64,000 nt of DNA from Opitutales bacterium. Its GTDB lineage: Bacteria > Verrucomicrobiota > Verrucomicrobiia > Opitutales > JBHJGM01. The translations under genes were made by a program, and so were the position numbers. Below, in pieces: positions 47,795 through 57,559 of this stretch. The number at the start of each line of letters is the position of its first letter. Position 1 is the first letter of the stretch. The DNA lies in assembly GCA_050331815.1 (NCBI GenBank), contig JBHJGM010000009.1, positions 11,187 to 75,186 of the forward strand, written 5' to 3'. The notes below the pieces were generated by a model. That model was not told where the DNA came from. It ran no database searches and saw only the letters and a list, made by a program, of their open reading frames with translations.

Positions 47795-48283
47795 ATGGAG
47801 CGCCTGCCCTACAAGGCCATCGCGGCCATGAGCGAGAACCGCGCCATTGGGCGCGACAACGACCTGCCCTGGGACCTGCCCGAGGACGTGCGCTGGCTCA
47901 TGTTGCGCACCCGCCGGGCTCTCTGCGTGATGGGCCGCAAGACCTTCGAGTCCATGCCCAAGCCGATGAAAAACCGCGAAACTGTGATCGTGACCCGCCA
48001 ACGCGATTACACCCCCCGATTCGAGGCCAAGGTCATTCACGAACTCGATGACTGCCTGCCCCTGGCACAGGGCCGGGAGATTTTTATCTTCGGCGGCGAG
48101 GAGATTTATCGGCTCGCCATGCCCAAAACCAGCGAGATTTACCTCACCCACGTGCACCGCACCGTCGACGGCGACGCCTTTTTCCCGCCCTTTGAAGCGA
48201 GCTTTCGGGCCGACCACACGCTGCGCCAGACACCCGAATTCAGCATCGTTCACTACACCCGCCTGCCCGTCTCCAACGCATGA
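47795..48283 (+). CDS. folA: Dihydrofolate reductase
   Basis: 162 aa with [34 protein letters not shown] motifs. 4-nt overlap with the next gene. Confidence 0.9.
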   Translation: MERLPYKAIAAMSENRAIGRDNDLPWDLPEDVRWLMLRTRRALCVMGRKTFESMPKPMKNRETVIVTRQRDYTPRFEAKVIHELDDCLPLAQGREIFIFGGEEIYRLAMPKTSEIYLTHVHRTVDGDAFFPPFEASFRADHTLRQTPEFSIVHYTRLPVSNA

Positions 48284-48696
48284 AGCATTTACGCAAGGAA
48301 CTCTGGTTCGAGCTGCCCAACCGGCGCGAACTGGTCAACATAACCCCCGAAGTGGAAGCCGCCGTACGCGAAAGCGGCGTCTTTCACGGGCTTTGCCTGG
48401 TCAACGCGATGCACATCTCGGCCAGCGTCTTCATCAACGATGACGAGTCGGGGCTGCACCACGACTTCGAGGTCTGGCTGGAAAAGCTGGCCCCCGAACT
48501 GCCGCATGAGCAGTACCAGCACAACGGCCATGAGGATAATGCCGACGCGCACCTGAAACGCACCGTCATGGGGCGCGAGGTGGTGGTCGCGATCACCGAT
48601 GGCAAACTCGACTTCGGTCCCTGGGAGCAGATTTTCTACGGCGAGTTTGACGGCAAACGCAAAAAACGCGTCCTCATCAAAATCATCGGCGAATGA
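48280..48696 (+). CDS. yjbQ: YjbQ/UPF0047 family (secondary thiamine-phosphate synthase) protein
   Basis: 138 aa with [45 protein letters not shown], typical of UPF0047. Confidence 0.85.
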   Translation: MKHLRKELWFELPNRRELVNITPEVEAAVRESGVFHGLCLVNAMHISASVFINDDESGLHHDFEVWLEKLAPELPHEQYQHNGHEDNADAHLKRTVMGREVVVAITDGKLDFGPWEQIFYGEFDGKRKKRVLIKIIGE

Positions 48697-48774
48697 GAGC
48701 CTGACATCCTGACACCCAGACGACAGGACATCCGGACAACGCGGCCAACAGTCAAGGCCCGCCGCATCCTCATC

Positions 48775-49278
48775 ATGGGCACGAGTTGCTCGGGCAAAAG
48801 CACCCTGGCAGAGGCGGTCGGCGCGAAAACAAACCTGCCGGTCACTCACCTCGATGACTTGTTTTGGAATCCCGGCTGGGTCGAGACGCCGCTCGAAGCA
48901 TTTCGCGACAAAGTGCGTCGCGCTGTCTTTGAAGAAAACTGGATCATCGACGGCAATTACAGCCGCATCGCCGAGCTGACCCGCAACCGGGCTACGGAAA
49001 TTGTCTGGCTGCACCTGCCGTTCACGCTGGTGTTCGCACGCTGCCTCAAGCGCACAATGGGGCGCGCCGTCACGGGTGCGCCCTGCTGCAACGGCAACCG
49101 CGAGTCCCTCCGGCGCTCCTTCCTCAGCCGCGACAGCATCATCCTCTGGGTCCTGCGCTCGCATCGAAAAGCACGGCAACGCTATGCGCGTGAGTTTGCG
49201 CCCGGACAGCCGAACGCAGAGAAAGTCACCCGCCTGGATTCCCGTCGCGCCATCCAAGCTTGGCTGGAGGCTTTGTGA
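48775..49278 (+). CDS. P-loop NTPase / adenylate-kinase-like small kinase
   Basis: MGTSCSGKSTLAE Walker A at residue 2, then HLDDLFW..NWIIDGNY. The expected beta-1 strand (RRILI) is encoded upstream of the first ATG (see findings). Confidence 0.75.
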   Translation: MGTSCSGKSTLAEAVGAKTNLPVTHLDDLFWNPGWVETPLEAFRDKVRRAVFEENWIIDGNYSRIAELTRNRATEIVWLHLPFTLVFARCLKRTMGRAVTGAPCCNGNRESLRRSFLSRDSIILWVLRSHRKARQRYAREFAPGQPNAEKVTRLDSRRAIQAWLEAL

Positions 49279-49549
49279 AGCGTGTCACCGACAGCCGCTC
49301 CGCCTTCCAGACATCCGACTTCCCGAAACTCCGACACCCAGACAACAAAACGACAAGTCGACAGGACACCCAAACACGCCGCCAAACAAATGCACCAAGC
49401 ACTCGTTTACATCTGCCCTCTCCGGCCGACTAGCTGACCAGGTACTAAGCACTCTGTACGAAGCACCGCGCCTACAGGACATCCAGACCACAGGACATCA
49501 AGGATCACCGGACAACACGACCGACTGTCTTCGCCGCCTTAGGCGGTGG
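49279..49549. repeat. C/A-rich, G-poor intergenic repeat region (copy C)
   Basis: Shares exact gacacccagac (49333-49343), acaggacatcc (49474-49484) and ccggacaac (49508-49516) with 48711-48740, and ggtactaagcact (49441-49453) with 45965-45977. Hand count over 49301-49440 is roughly 56 C vs 22 G. Confidence 0.45.
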
Positions 49550-51145
49550 TTAAAACAGCCAGCCGGCGAAGAGTCCCTGATAAATGCCGACCACCACGGT
49601 GAGAACGCTGAGCGCACCCAAGGCAACGCGGTCAAAAATCCCGAGGCTGAGCGCGGGACGCGACTCAGCGGAGGCGGTCTGGGAGGCCCCCTCGGTCATG
49701 TCGGGTTCATTGATGGAGCGGTGCAGGAAGAAGGCCTCCTGAACCCAGCCAAAGTAGTAATAAATCGAGATAACCGCGCCGAGCACAGTGATGCCCAGCA
49801 ACAGGTAAGCCTCAGCCTGGAAGGCCGCGATGAAGAGAAACACTTTGCCGATGAAGCCCGCCAGGGGTGGTATCCCCGCGAGCGATCCCAGCCCGATGGC
49901 CAGCACGCCGGAAAGAAACGGCCCGCGCCGCGCAAGGTTGGCATAGTGCTGCAGTTCCTGGGCGTCGTCTTGCTCGCCGGCCATGTGCGCCATGACGCCA
50001 AACACTGCGAACGAGCCCAAAAGGTACGTCACCAGGTAGAAGAAGATGGCCCCAAGCGCGAGGGTCGACCCCTGTGTCAGCGCAACGACGCCCACCAGCA
50101 GGTAGCCCGCATGCGCCACGCCTGAAAGACCCATCAGGCGCTTCACGTTGCGCTGCGGCAGCGCGGTCAAGTTGCCAAAGAGGATGGTGACCGACGCAAT
50201 CGCGATGAGAAAGGGTGCGAGCTTGCCATCGCCCGAGAACAACGGAGCCAGCGGACCCGTCGCAGGGTGCAGCAGGTTCACCAGCACGAAAAAGCCTGCG
50301 GCCTTGGAGCCCACAGCCAAAAACGCGGTCACGGGCGTCGGGGCACCCTGGTAGACATCGGGCACCCAAATTTGGAAGGGGAAAGCAGCGATTTTGAAGG
50401 CGACGCCGGCCAGCACAAGCAGGGCCCCAGCGTTGACCAGCAGACTGTCGGGGTGGGCCGCGATGTAGGCCTGAAGGTTTTCAAACTGGATCGGGTCGAC
50501 CAGCACCGGCGGGAGGTTGTGCTCGGAGAAAAACGCTGCGACCTCCAGGTCGGGCATGCCTGCCGCGCCGTACAGCAGCACGATGCCAAAGAGCAAAATT
50601 GCCGAACTGACCCCGCCGAGGATCAGGTACTTCAGGCCAGCTTCCAGGGAGGCGGGATTCGTCCGGCAGTAGCTGACCAGCACGTAAAAGCCCACTGTGA
50701 CCGTTTCCAGCGCAACGAAGAGCATCACGAAATGCGCACTTTGGGTGAGCAGCATCATCGCGGCGGTCACGACCAGCAGCACGTGGAAAAACTCCACGCG
50801 CGGGAGCTTTTGCTTGCGGAAATAAATCAGCCCGAGCCACGAAGCCAGCACCGCGCTCGCCAGCAGAAACAGCCGCATGACCTGCCCGCTGGCTGAGACC
50901 ACAATCATGCCCGAAAACAAGCGTGTATCCGCCCAGTCCTGCCAGTTCGCGAAAAGGATCGCCTGGGCCACCAGCAGCGCGGTCAGCCCGGCCATCGTAA
51001 TCCAGGGGATGAGCCGCTGCGCCTGTTTGCCCAACAGCAATTCCAGCAGCAGGAGCCCCAGCGCAAAGCCGCCCAACACCAGTTCCGGCCACAGGGCCAG
51101 CCAGTGGTTGGTGTTCGCGAATATGGAAAAGGCTTCGAAATTCAT
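49550..51145 (-). CDS. nuoN: NADH-quinone oxidoreductase subunit N
   Basis: 531 aa polytopic antiporter-like subunit. Last gene of the nuo block, with family-typical motifs. Confidence 0.92.
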   Translation of the reverse strand: MNFEAFSIFANTNHWLALWPELVLGGFALGLLLLELLLGKQAQRLIPWITMAGLTALLVAQAILFANWQDWADTRLFSGMIVVSASGQVMRLFLLASAVLASWLGLIYFRKQKLPRVEFFHVLLVVTAAMMLLTQSAHFVMLFVALETVTVGFYVLVSYCRTNPASLEAGLKYLILGGVSSAILLFGIVLLYGAAGMPDLEVAAFFSEHNLPPVLVDPIQFENLQAYIAAHPDSLLVNAGALLVLAGVAFKIAAFPFQIWVPDVYQGAPTPVTAFLAVGSKAAGFFVLVNLLHPATGPLAPLFSGDGKLAPFLIAIASVTILFGNLTALPQRNVKRLMGLSGVAHAGYLLVGVVALTQGSTLALGAIFFYLVTYLLGSFAVFGVMAHMAGEQDDAQELQHYANLARRGPFLSGVLAIGLGSLAGIPPLAGFIGKVFLFIAAFQAEAYLLLGITVLGAVISIYYYFGWVQEAFFLHRSINEPDMTEGASQTASAESRPALSLGIFDRVALGALSVLTVVVGIYQGLFAGWLF

Positions 51146-51178
51146 GGCGAGTCTTGGGCCAGGGGCGCAGGCGGCCCG

Positions 51179-52840
51179 TCAGGGAGCCGGCGGATTCATC
51201 TCCGTAACATCCAGGGGCGTTGGGGTAGAAGCCAGTGATGGCGCGGAGGCAGGTACTTCGGAAAGCTCCAGCAGCGGCGCGGTAATCACGTTTTCAGGCA
51301 GGCGCTCAAGGTAAGGCGCGGGCGGTTCATCGCCGAGCAGGGCCATCAGTTCCTCGTCGACGACGGTGCCCAGGCCCGTCGGCCAGATGCCAAAGAACAG
51401 CAGGGTGCCCAGCAGCAGACTGGCGGGCACGCGTTCGGCCAGGCTGAGGTCCTGCATGGGCTGGCCGTTGGGGTCGGTCTGGCGAAAGGGTTCGCCAAAG
51501 CAAATACTTGCCACTGCGCGCAGCCCGTAAATAGCCGAGATAATAATGCCCGCCACCGCCGGGTAGACCGCCCAGGCATGCGCATCCCACAGGCTCAAAA
51601 AGACGCTTAGCTCGCCCCAGAAATTCGCCATGCCGGGCAGGCCGATGTTGGCCATGATGGCAGCGATGAAAAAGCCGGCCAACAGCGGCGTACGCTTGGC
51701 CATGCCACCCATCTCGCCCAGATCGTAGGTACCGGTGCGCTGGCAGATGGCCGTCGCCAGCAAAAAGAGCAGCGCCACCGAAAGTCCGTGGGCGAACATC
51801 ATGAGGATCGCCCCGCCCCAGCCGATCACGCTGAAGGCCGCGATCCCCAGAAAGGCGTAACCCATATGCATAACCGAGCTGAAGCCCAGCAGCTTTTTCA
51901 AATCGCGCTGGGCCATTGTGATCAGACCGATGATGATCACGTTGCCCAAGGCCAGGGCGAGGATCCAGGGGGTCCAGATTTCCAGCCCAAGTGGCAGCAG
52001 CGGCGCGGCGATTTGAATCAGACCATAGAGCCCGAATTTTTTCAGTACCCCGGCGTGCAGCATGGCATTCGAGGCCGGGGCCGCCGCGTAGCCACGCGGC
52101 GCCCATGAATGAAACGGAAAGAGCGAAACGAGGATGCCGAAGCCAAACAAAAGCAACCCGAAGATAATCTCCTGCTGCTCGCCCGAAAACCCTTCCGCTG
52201 CCACGTAGGCTTTCAGGTTGATCAGGTTGAAGCTGCCGGCCGCACCGAAAAAGCCGCTAAAGACATAGAGCGAAATCAGCCCAATAAGCGAAAGCAGCGC
52301 GCCGAGGGTCAGATAGATGGTCATCTCCATGGCGGCGACACGGCGCTCCGTTCCGCCCCAGATGCCGATCATGATGAAGGTCGGGATCAGTGCCAGCTCG
52401 TGGAAGAAGTAAAAGAAGAAGATGTCGACCGAGGCGAAGGTCCCCATCAGCCCGCCGTGCATGGTCAACAGCAGACCCAGGTAGAGGCTCTTACGCTTGG
52501 CCGGCGACTGCAGCGCGTACAACCCGGCGGCCATGCCTACAATCCCGGCCAGCAGGTACATCGGCAATGAGATGCCGTTGAGCCCCAGGTGCAGCTGCAC
52601 GCCGAGCCAGTCGAGCCCGGTACTGGCGATGGTCACAAAGCGATAGCCGCCCGGTCCGGCCTGCGCCTGGCTGTAGAGAAGCGCCAGCACCAGCGACGCC
52701 AGAAACGGCACCGCAAACCCAAGGAAGGCGATGGTGCGCGCGGCGGCCACCCCAAAGCGCTCCGCAAACAAGAGCATCACCGCCGCCACCAGCGGCGAGA
52801 GGATCGACAACGGGATCAGGTATGGCAGAAATTCGTCCAT
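51179..52840 (-). CDS. nuoM: NADH-quinone oxidoreductase subunit M
   Basis: 553 aa antiporter-like subunit with HAGVLKKFGLYG and SVMHMGY motifs. C-terminal Pro/Ala-rich tail. Confidence 0.92.
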   Translation of the reverse strand: MDEFLPYLIPLSILSPLVAAVMLLFAERFGVAAARTIAFLGFAVPFLASLVLALLYSQAQAGPGGYRFVTIASTGLDWLGVQLHLGLNGISLPMYLLAGIVGMAAGLYALQSPAKRKSLYLGLLLTMHGGLMGTFASVDIFFFYFFHELALIPTFIMIGIWGGTERRVAAMEMTIYLTLGALLSLIGLISLYVFSGFFGAAGSFNLINLKAYVAAEGFSGEQQEIIFGLLLFGFGILVSLFPFHSWAPRGYAAAPASNAMLHAGVLKKFGLYGLIQIAAPLLPLGLEIWTPWILALALGNVIIIGLITMAQRDLKKLLGFSSVMHMGYAFLGIAAFSVIGWGGAILMMFAHGLSVALLFLLATAICQRTGTYDLGEMGGMAKRTPLLAGFFIAAIMANIGLPGMANFWGELSVFLSLWDAHAWAVYPAVAGIIISAIYGLRAVASICFGEPFRQTDPNGQPMQDLSLAERVPASLLLGTLLFFGIWPTGLGTVVDEELMALLGDEPPAPYLERLPENVITAPLLELSEVPASAPSLASTPTPLDVTEMNPPAP

Positions 52841-52856
52841 CGTACGCGCGGGCTCG

Positions 52857-54707
52857 TTACTTCAGGCCCAAAGCCACGGCTCCAAACAGCACCGTGCCAG
52901 CCACAAACCACCAGACATAGCCCTGAATGCTGCCCGTATGCAGGCTGCGGCCCAGCAACCCGAACAATCCCGCCAGACCCGCCGAGCCACGGACCAGCAG
53001 CCCGTTGATCAACAGCAAGTCGAGGAACGCCAGCAGATCGGCTACGCGCTGCTGGATTTGGTTGACGTAAAAAGCATAGATCGCATCGAACCAGAGCCGC
53101 TGCTTCAAAAAGCCGTAGACAACCGGCACCGCCTTGGCCAGACGATCCTCGCGCGCCCCCACCCCGTACAAAAGAGCTGAACCCGCCAGGCCGCCCAGAT
53201 AGCAAAGCGTAGTGACAATGACAACCAGGGTCTTGCTGCCGGCTTCGGCGATCGACTCGTGCACGCCTTCCAGCGTCGGCTTGATGACCTCACCCAGTCC
53301 CCAGGGCCAGAACGAGAGAAAGCCACCGGCCAGCGCCAGCACCGCCAAGACAACGAGCGGCAGGCACATCGCCCAGCCATTCTCGCGGGCGTGAGAGGCA
53401 TCGTCAGACTTGGGCGCCCCGAGAAACGCCGTCCAGAAAAGCCGGCCCATGTAAAGCGCGGTCAAAAAGGCCGAGAGGCACAGCAACCAGAAGGCCGTGA
53501 GGTCGCCTTCGACATGCGCTGCTTCGATGATGCCGTCCTTGGAAAAGTAGCCCGAGGTCAGAAACACGCCGCAGAGCGCTACGGTGCCAATCGCGAAGGT
53601 GGCGGTCGTAATTGGCATGCGCTTGTACAGCCCGCCCATCTTGAAAATGTCCTGCTCGTGGTGGCAGGCATGGATGACCGACCCCGCACCCAGAAACAAC
53701 AGCGCCTTGAAAAAGGCGTGGGTGATCATGTGGAAAAGCGCCAGTTGCCAGTAGCCCAGGCCCACCGCTGCGGCCATGTAACCCAGCTGCGCCAGCGTCG
53801 AGTAAGCCAGAATGCGCTTGATGTCGCTTTGGGCCAGGGCGCAAAAGCCTGCGTAGAGTGTCATCGAAACGCCCAGCCAGAGGATGATCTCCTCGACGGG
53901 CGGCAGCATAAAGGCCGTGCGACAAAGCAGGTAGATGCCCGCCGCGACCATGGTGGCCGCGTGAATCAGGGCCGACACCGGGGTGGGTCCGGCCATCGCG
54001 TCCGGCAGCCAGACGTGCAGCGGAAACTGCGCACTCTTGCCGATGAAGCCGCAGATCAGCAACGCCGCCAGACCAAACGGCACTGCCTCCGGGCTGACCA
54101 TGACCAGCGGCGCGAGCTCGCTCAGGTTGACCGTGCCGTAGTGCCAGAAGCACCAGATGATCCCGATCAGGAAACCGAAGTCTCCCACCCGGTTCACGAT
54201 GAACGCTTTCATCGAGGCGTTGGCCGCCTCCGCCTTCGACGCGTAGTGACCGATCAGCATGTACGAGGCAAAGCCGACCAGCTCCCAGGCGATGAAGAGC
54301 ATGAAGAGGTTGTCGGCCAGCACGATGCCGGTCATCGCAAACATAAAGATGGACAGCCCGCCAAAGTAGCGGCCCTTGGCCCGGTCCTCCTCCATGTAGC
54401 CGAGGCTGAAAAGGTGAATCAGAAAGGCCACGAAGGTGACCATCACCAGTGTGGATGCCGCCACCTTATCAAAGAGAAAGCCCAGCCGCAGATCGAAGTG
54501 CCCAAGGGTCAGCCAACTGACACTTTCGCGGATGGGCAGCCCGTCCCACTGGATAACAGTGATCAGAGTGGTGACCGCCATCGTCCCGCAGGCAGCCACC
54601 GAAACCGCTCCCGCCAGCCAGCCCACGCGTCGCAGAAACAGCGCGATGAGCACCGCCGCCACCAGAGGAGTTAGCCAGATGCCAAGGAGCAGGTAGGTCG
54701 GGTTCAT
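52857..54707 (-). CDS. nuoL: NADH-quinone oxidoreductase subunit L
   Basis: 616 aa with WELVGFASYMLIGHY, GKSAQFPLHVWLPDAMAGPTPVSALIHAATMV and a C-terminal lateral-helix region. Confidence 0.93.
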   Translation of the reverse strand: MNPTYLLLGIWLTPLVAAVLIALFLRRVGWLAGAVSVAACGTMAVTTLITVIQWDGLPIRESVSWLTLGHFDLRLGFLFDKVAASTLVMVTFVAFLIHLFSLGYMEEDRAKGRYFGGLSIFMFAMTGIVLADNLFMLFIAWELVGFASYMLIGHYASKAEAANASMKAFIVNRVGDFGFLIGIIWCFWHYGTVNLSELAPLVMVSPEAVPFGLAALLICGFIGKSAQFPLHVWLPDAMAGPTPVSALIHAATMVAAGIYLLCRTAFMLPPVEEIILWLGVSMTLYAGFCALAQSDIKRILAYSTLAQLGYMAAAVGLGYWQLALFHMITHAFFKALLFLGAGSVIHACHHEQDIFKMGGLYKRMPITTATFAIGTVALCGVFLTSGYFSKDGIIEAAHVEGDLTAFWLLCLSAFLTALYMGRLFWTAFLGAPKSDDASHARENGWAMCLPLVVLAVLALAGGFLSFWPWGLGEVIKPTLEGVHESIAEAGSKTLVVIVTTLCYLGGLAGSALLYGVGAREDRLAKAVPVVYGFLKQRLWFDAIYAFYVNQIQQRVADLLAFLDLLLINGLLVRGSAGLAGLFGLLGRSLHTGSIQGYVWWFVAGTVLFGAVALGLK

Positions 54708-54741
54708 CGGTTTGGGAAGGCGTCAGGGAACAGGGAGGGCG

Positions 54742-55047
54742 TCAGTTTTTCAACGAGGCCAGTTCGTCGACCAGGATGGTCTGGCGGCGGCGGTACAAGG
54801 CCACGATAATGGCCAGTCCCACGGCCACCTCGGCGGCGGCCACCGTGATGATGAAGAACACGAAAATGTTGCCGTCGAGCATGTTGTTGTAGCGCGAGAA
54901 GGCGACCAGGGCCAAATTCACCGCGTTGAGCATCAGCTCCAGGCACATGTACATCACCAGCACGTTGCGCCGTACCGTCAACCCGAACAGCCCCACAAAA
55001 AAGAGCATCGAGGCGACGATCAGGTAGGCGTTGAGACTGATGGGCAT
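54742..55047 (-). CDS. nuoK: NADH-quinone oxidoreductase subunit K
   Basis: 101 aa, three TM helices, [15 protein letters not shown] motif. Confidence 0.92.
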   Translation of the reverse strand: MPISLNAYLIVASMLFFVGLFGLTVRRNVLVMYMCLELMLNAVNLALVAFSRYNNMLDGNIFVFFIITVAAAEVAVGLAIIVALYRRRQTILVDELASLKN

Positions 55048-55086
55048 GCGGTTGAGACGCTGGGAGGGCGATAAAGAAGGAGCGAT

Positions 55087-55767
55087 TCAGCTGCCGAGCA
55101 TCGGCGAGCGTTTTTTGGTGGGCTTGGCCTCAGGGTCGTATTTTCGCGAGATGACAATCACGCCGATCATCGCGATCAGCAGTAGAAAACCCGTCACCTG
55201 AAACGGCAGCATGTACTTGCTAAAGAGCCCGGCACCGTATCCACGGATGGAGCGTGCGTAGGTCATCGCCTGCAGAGAGGCGGCCTCGCTTTCGACCTGC
55301 AGGACATAGGCTTCGTCTTCTGTCGACAGCGCGGTGGTCGGTGCCTCCGGTACGATTACGGTGGGAAACTCCGCCGCCTCAACCGGGTCACCCACGTGGC
55401 CGGCTTCTTCCTGAATCAGGTAAACCGAGCCCGTCATCAGCAGAAGCAGGGCGATCACGCTCGCTACTATGGAGAGGGTCTGCGGGCGCGGGCGCTTGGG
55501 TGTTTCCACCTCGATCAACATGATGATGAAGAGGAACAGCACCATGACCGCCCCCGCGTACACCACCACCTGCAAGGCGGCCAAAAAGAACGCCTCCAGC
55601 AGCACGAACAGCCCGGCCAGTCCCACAAAAGAGACAATCATGAACATCGCACTGTTGACCGGGTTGCGATTAAGCACCACCAGCACGGCGGGAAGCAGCG
55701 TCAGGACCGCAAAAACAATAAATAGCGCGTCGGAAACCGAAAGCATCGAAGCAGCGAAGCTAGCCAC
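55087..55767 (-). CDS. nuoJ: NADH-quinone oxidoreductase subunit J
   Basis: 226 aa, position between nuoK and nuoI, NPVNSAMFMIVSF..VVYAGAVMVLFLFIIML motifs. Confidence 0.87.
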   Translation of the reverse strand: MASFAASMLSVSDALFIVFAVLTLLPAVLVVLNRNPVNSAMFMIVSFVGLAGLFVLLEAFFLAALQVVVYAGAVMVLFLFIIMLIEVETPKRPRPQTLSIVASVIALLLLMTGSVYLIQEEAGHVGDPVEAAEFPTVIVPEAPTTALSTEDEAYVLQVESEAASLQAMTYARSIRGYGAGLFSKYMLPFQVTGFLLLIAMIGVIVISRKYDPEAKPTKKRSPMLGS

Positions 55768-55829
55768 ATCCGTCTGGCCGGATAAAGCAAAATTCCACCA
55801 GTCAGCCGGAATAGTTCCGGACGGGAGGC

Positions 55830-56381
55830 TTAGTGGTGTCTCCCACCCGAGGCAGCAACTTCGGCTGCCTCACGTTTCTTGTCCCACTTGTAGTGGCGGT
55901 CTGGGAGCGTGCCGCCCAGCTCCAGTAGCTTGTCCTTGTGGTAGACGAGTTCTTCGCGTGAGTAACCCGAAACCGAGTAAGTGTCCTGCAAAAAGATAGC
56001 TTCCTCAGGGCAGACTTCCTGACACAGCCCGCAGTAGATGCAGCGCAGCATATTGATCTCAAAGTCCTGGGGCTCTTTTTCGACGTGCGCGGTTTGGCTT
56101 GCCTCGTCGATTTCGCTCGGGGTGATGCGAATAGCCTTGGGTGGACAGACAAATTCGCACAACTGACAGGAAACGCATTTCACGCGATCGTTCGGATCCT
56201 TCACCAGCGTGGGCACGCCGCGATAGCCGTCCGGAATCTCCGGGCGGTGATCGGGATATTCGAGCGTGACCGCCGGCTTGAAGATGTTGCGGAAGGTCAC
56301 CTTGAGGCCCGCAGCGACTTGCGGTATCCCGGTACGCTCCAGCGCACTTAGCGGCTTACGTTCACAAACTTTGACGGCCAT
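55830..56381 (-). CDS. nuoI: NADH-quinone oxidoreductase subunit I (2x[4Fe-4S])
   Basis: 183 aa with CVSCQLCEFVCP and CIYCGLCQEVCP ferredoxin motifs. Confidence 0.93.
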   Translation of the reverse strand: MAVKVCERKPLSALERTGIPQVAAGLKVTFRNIFKPAVTLEYPDHRPEIPDGYRGVPTLVKDPNDRVKCVSCQLCEFVCPPKAIRITPSEIDEASQTAHVEKEPQDFEINMLRCIYCGLCQEVCPEEAIFLQDTYSVSGYSREELVYHKDKLLELGGTLPDRHYKWDKKREAAEVAASGGRHH

Positions 56382-56405
56382 ATCGGAAAAGCGGTTCGGC
56401 GAAAA

Positions 56406-57518
56406 TTAGACAGAGTCGTAAATGGCGATGGCGATAGCATAGAAGACAAGGTTGGCAACCGCCAGCGGTAGCAGCACTTTCCAGCCCAGCGCCATAACCT
56501 GGTCGTAACGGTAGCGGGGCAGCGTCCAGCGAATCCACATGAAGAAAAAGACCAGAAAGAGCGTCTTGGCGATGAACCAGCCGATACTGAGGATCGTGCC
56601 CAGCAGGTTTTCGGGCCACGGATTGGCGATGCCCGGAAGGAAATTCCAGCCTCCAAAGAACAGCACCGTGAAGACCGCCGAGCCAATGAACATGTGGGCG
56701 TACTCGGACACGAAAAACAGCCCGAATTTAAAGCTGCCGTATTCGGTGTGAAAACCGCCCACGAGTTCCGTCTCCGACTCCGGCATGTCGAAGGGCAGAC
56801 GGTTGGTCTCAGCAAAAAGCGCGGTTAGAAAAATCAGCGCGGAGACCGGCTGGAGCAGAATTAGCCACAAACCTTCCTGGTAAGCCACCACGTTGACCAG
56901 ACTGAGGCTGTTCGCGCTGACCAGATTCAGATCGCTATGCACGCCGCCAGCGGGGCTCGCCATCAGGAACACCGGCAGAATCGACAGGCCCATCGCAAGC
57001 TCGTAGGAAATCATCTGCGCCGAGGACCGAATGCCGCCCAGAAACGGGTATTTGCTGTTCGCCGCCCAGCCCGCCAGCACGATGCCGTACACGCCCAGCG
57101 AACTGACCGCGAAGATGAACAGTATGCCCAAGTCGAGGTTGGCCAACAGCATGGGCGAGGCGCCCTCCTCGCCGTACCAGACCCCGAAAGGCACCACCGT
57201 CATCGTGACCAGGGCCGGAATCAGCGCCACCAGCGGGGCGAGGTAGTAGTAAACCTTGTTCACGTGCCCGGGGACCGGGTCTTCCTTAAAGAGGAACTTC
57301 AGCCCGTCGGCCGGCAGCTGAAAAATGCCCAGCCGCCGGATGAAACGACCGATGATGGGCAGGCCTCCGACGAGCGGCACATTCGTTCGGTTAGGGCCAA
57401 CCCGTCCCTGAATCCAGCTTGATACCTTGCGCTCGGCCAGGACCGAGTAGCCCGAGAAAGTCATCACGGCGATGACCACGGTCAGCGCATAGGCAATTTT
57501 TATCAGGACTTCGATCAT
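56406..57518 (-). CDS. nuoH: NADH-quinone oxidoreductase subunit H
   Basis: AERKVSSWIQGRVGPNR and FAETNRLPFDMPESETELVGGFHTEYG motifs. The Met at 57518 (MIEVLIK) is preferred; the ORF extends to 57632. Confidence 0.92.
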   Translation of the reverse strand: MIEVLIKIAYALTVVIAVMTFSGYSVLAERKVSSWIQGRVGPNRTNVPLVGGLPIIGRFIRRLGIFQLPADGLKFLFKEDPVPGHVNKVYYYLAPLVALIPALVTMTVVPFGVWYGEEGASPMLLANLDLGILFIFAVSSLGVYGIVLAGWAANSKYPFLGGIRSSAQMISYELAMGLSILPVFLMASPAGGVHSDLNLVSANSLSLVNVVAYQEGLWLILLQPVSALIFLTALFAETNRLPFDMPESETELVGGFHTEYGSFKFGLFFVSEYAHMFIGSAVFTVLFFGGWNFLPGIANPWPENLLGTILSIGWFIAKTLFLVFFFMWIRWTLPRYRYDQVMALGWKVLLPLAVANLVFYAIAIAIYDSV

Positions 57519-57559
57519 CGTCTTGGCAGCGCGGCGCTGAGAAAAGGTGGCACAGCGGT

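Noticed and set aside
46982-49257. Minus-strand ORFs of 423 aa (46982..48253) and 322 aa (48289..49257)
   Set aside because: They are antisense to thyA, folA, yjbQ and the kinase-like gene, all of which carry unmistakable motifs in the plus-strand frames.
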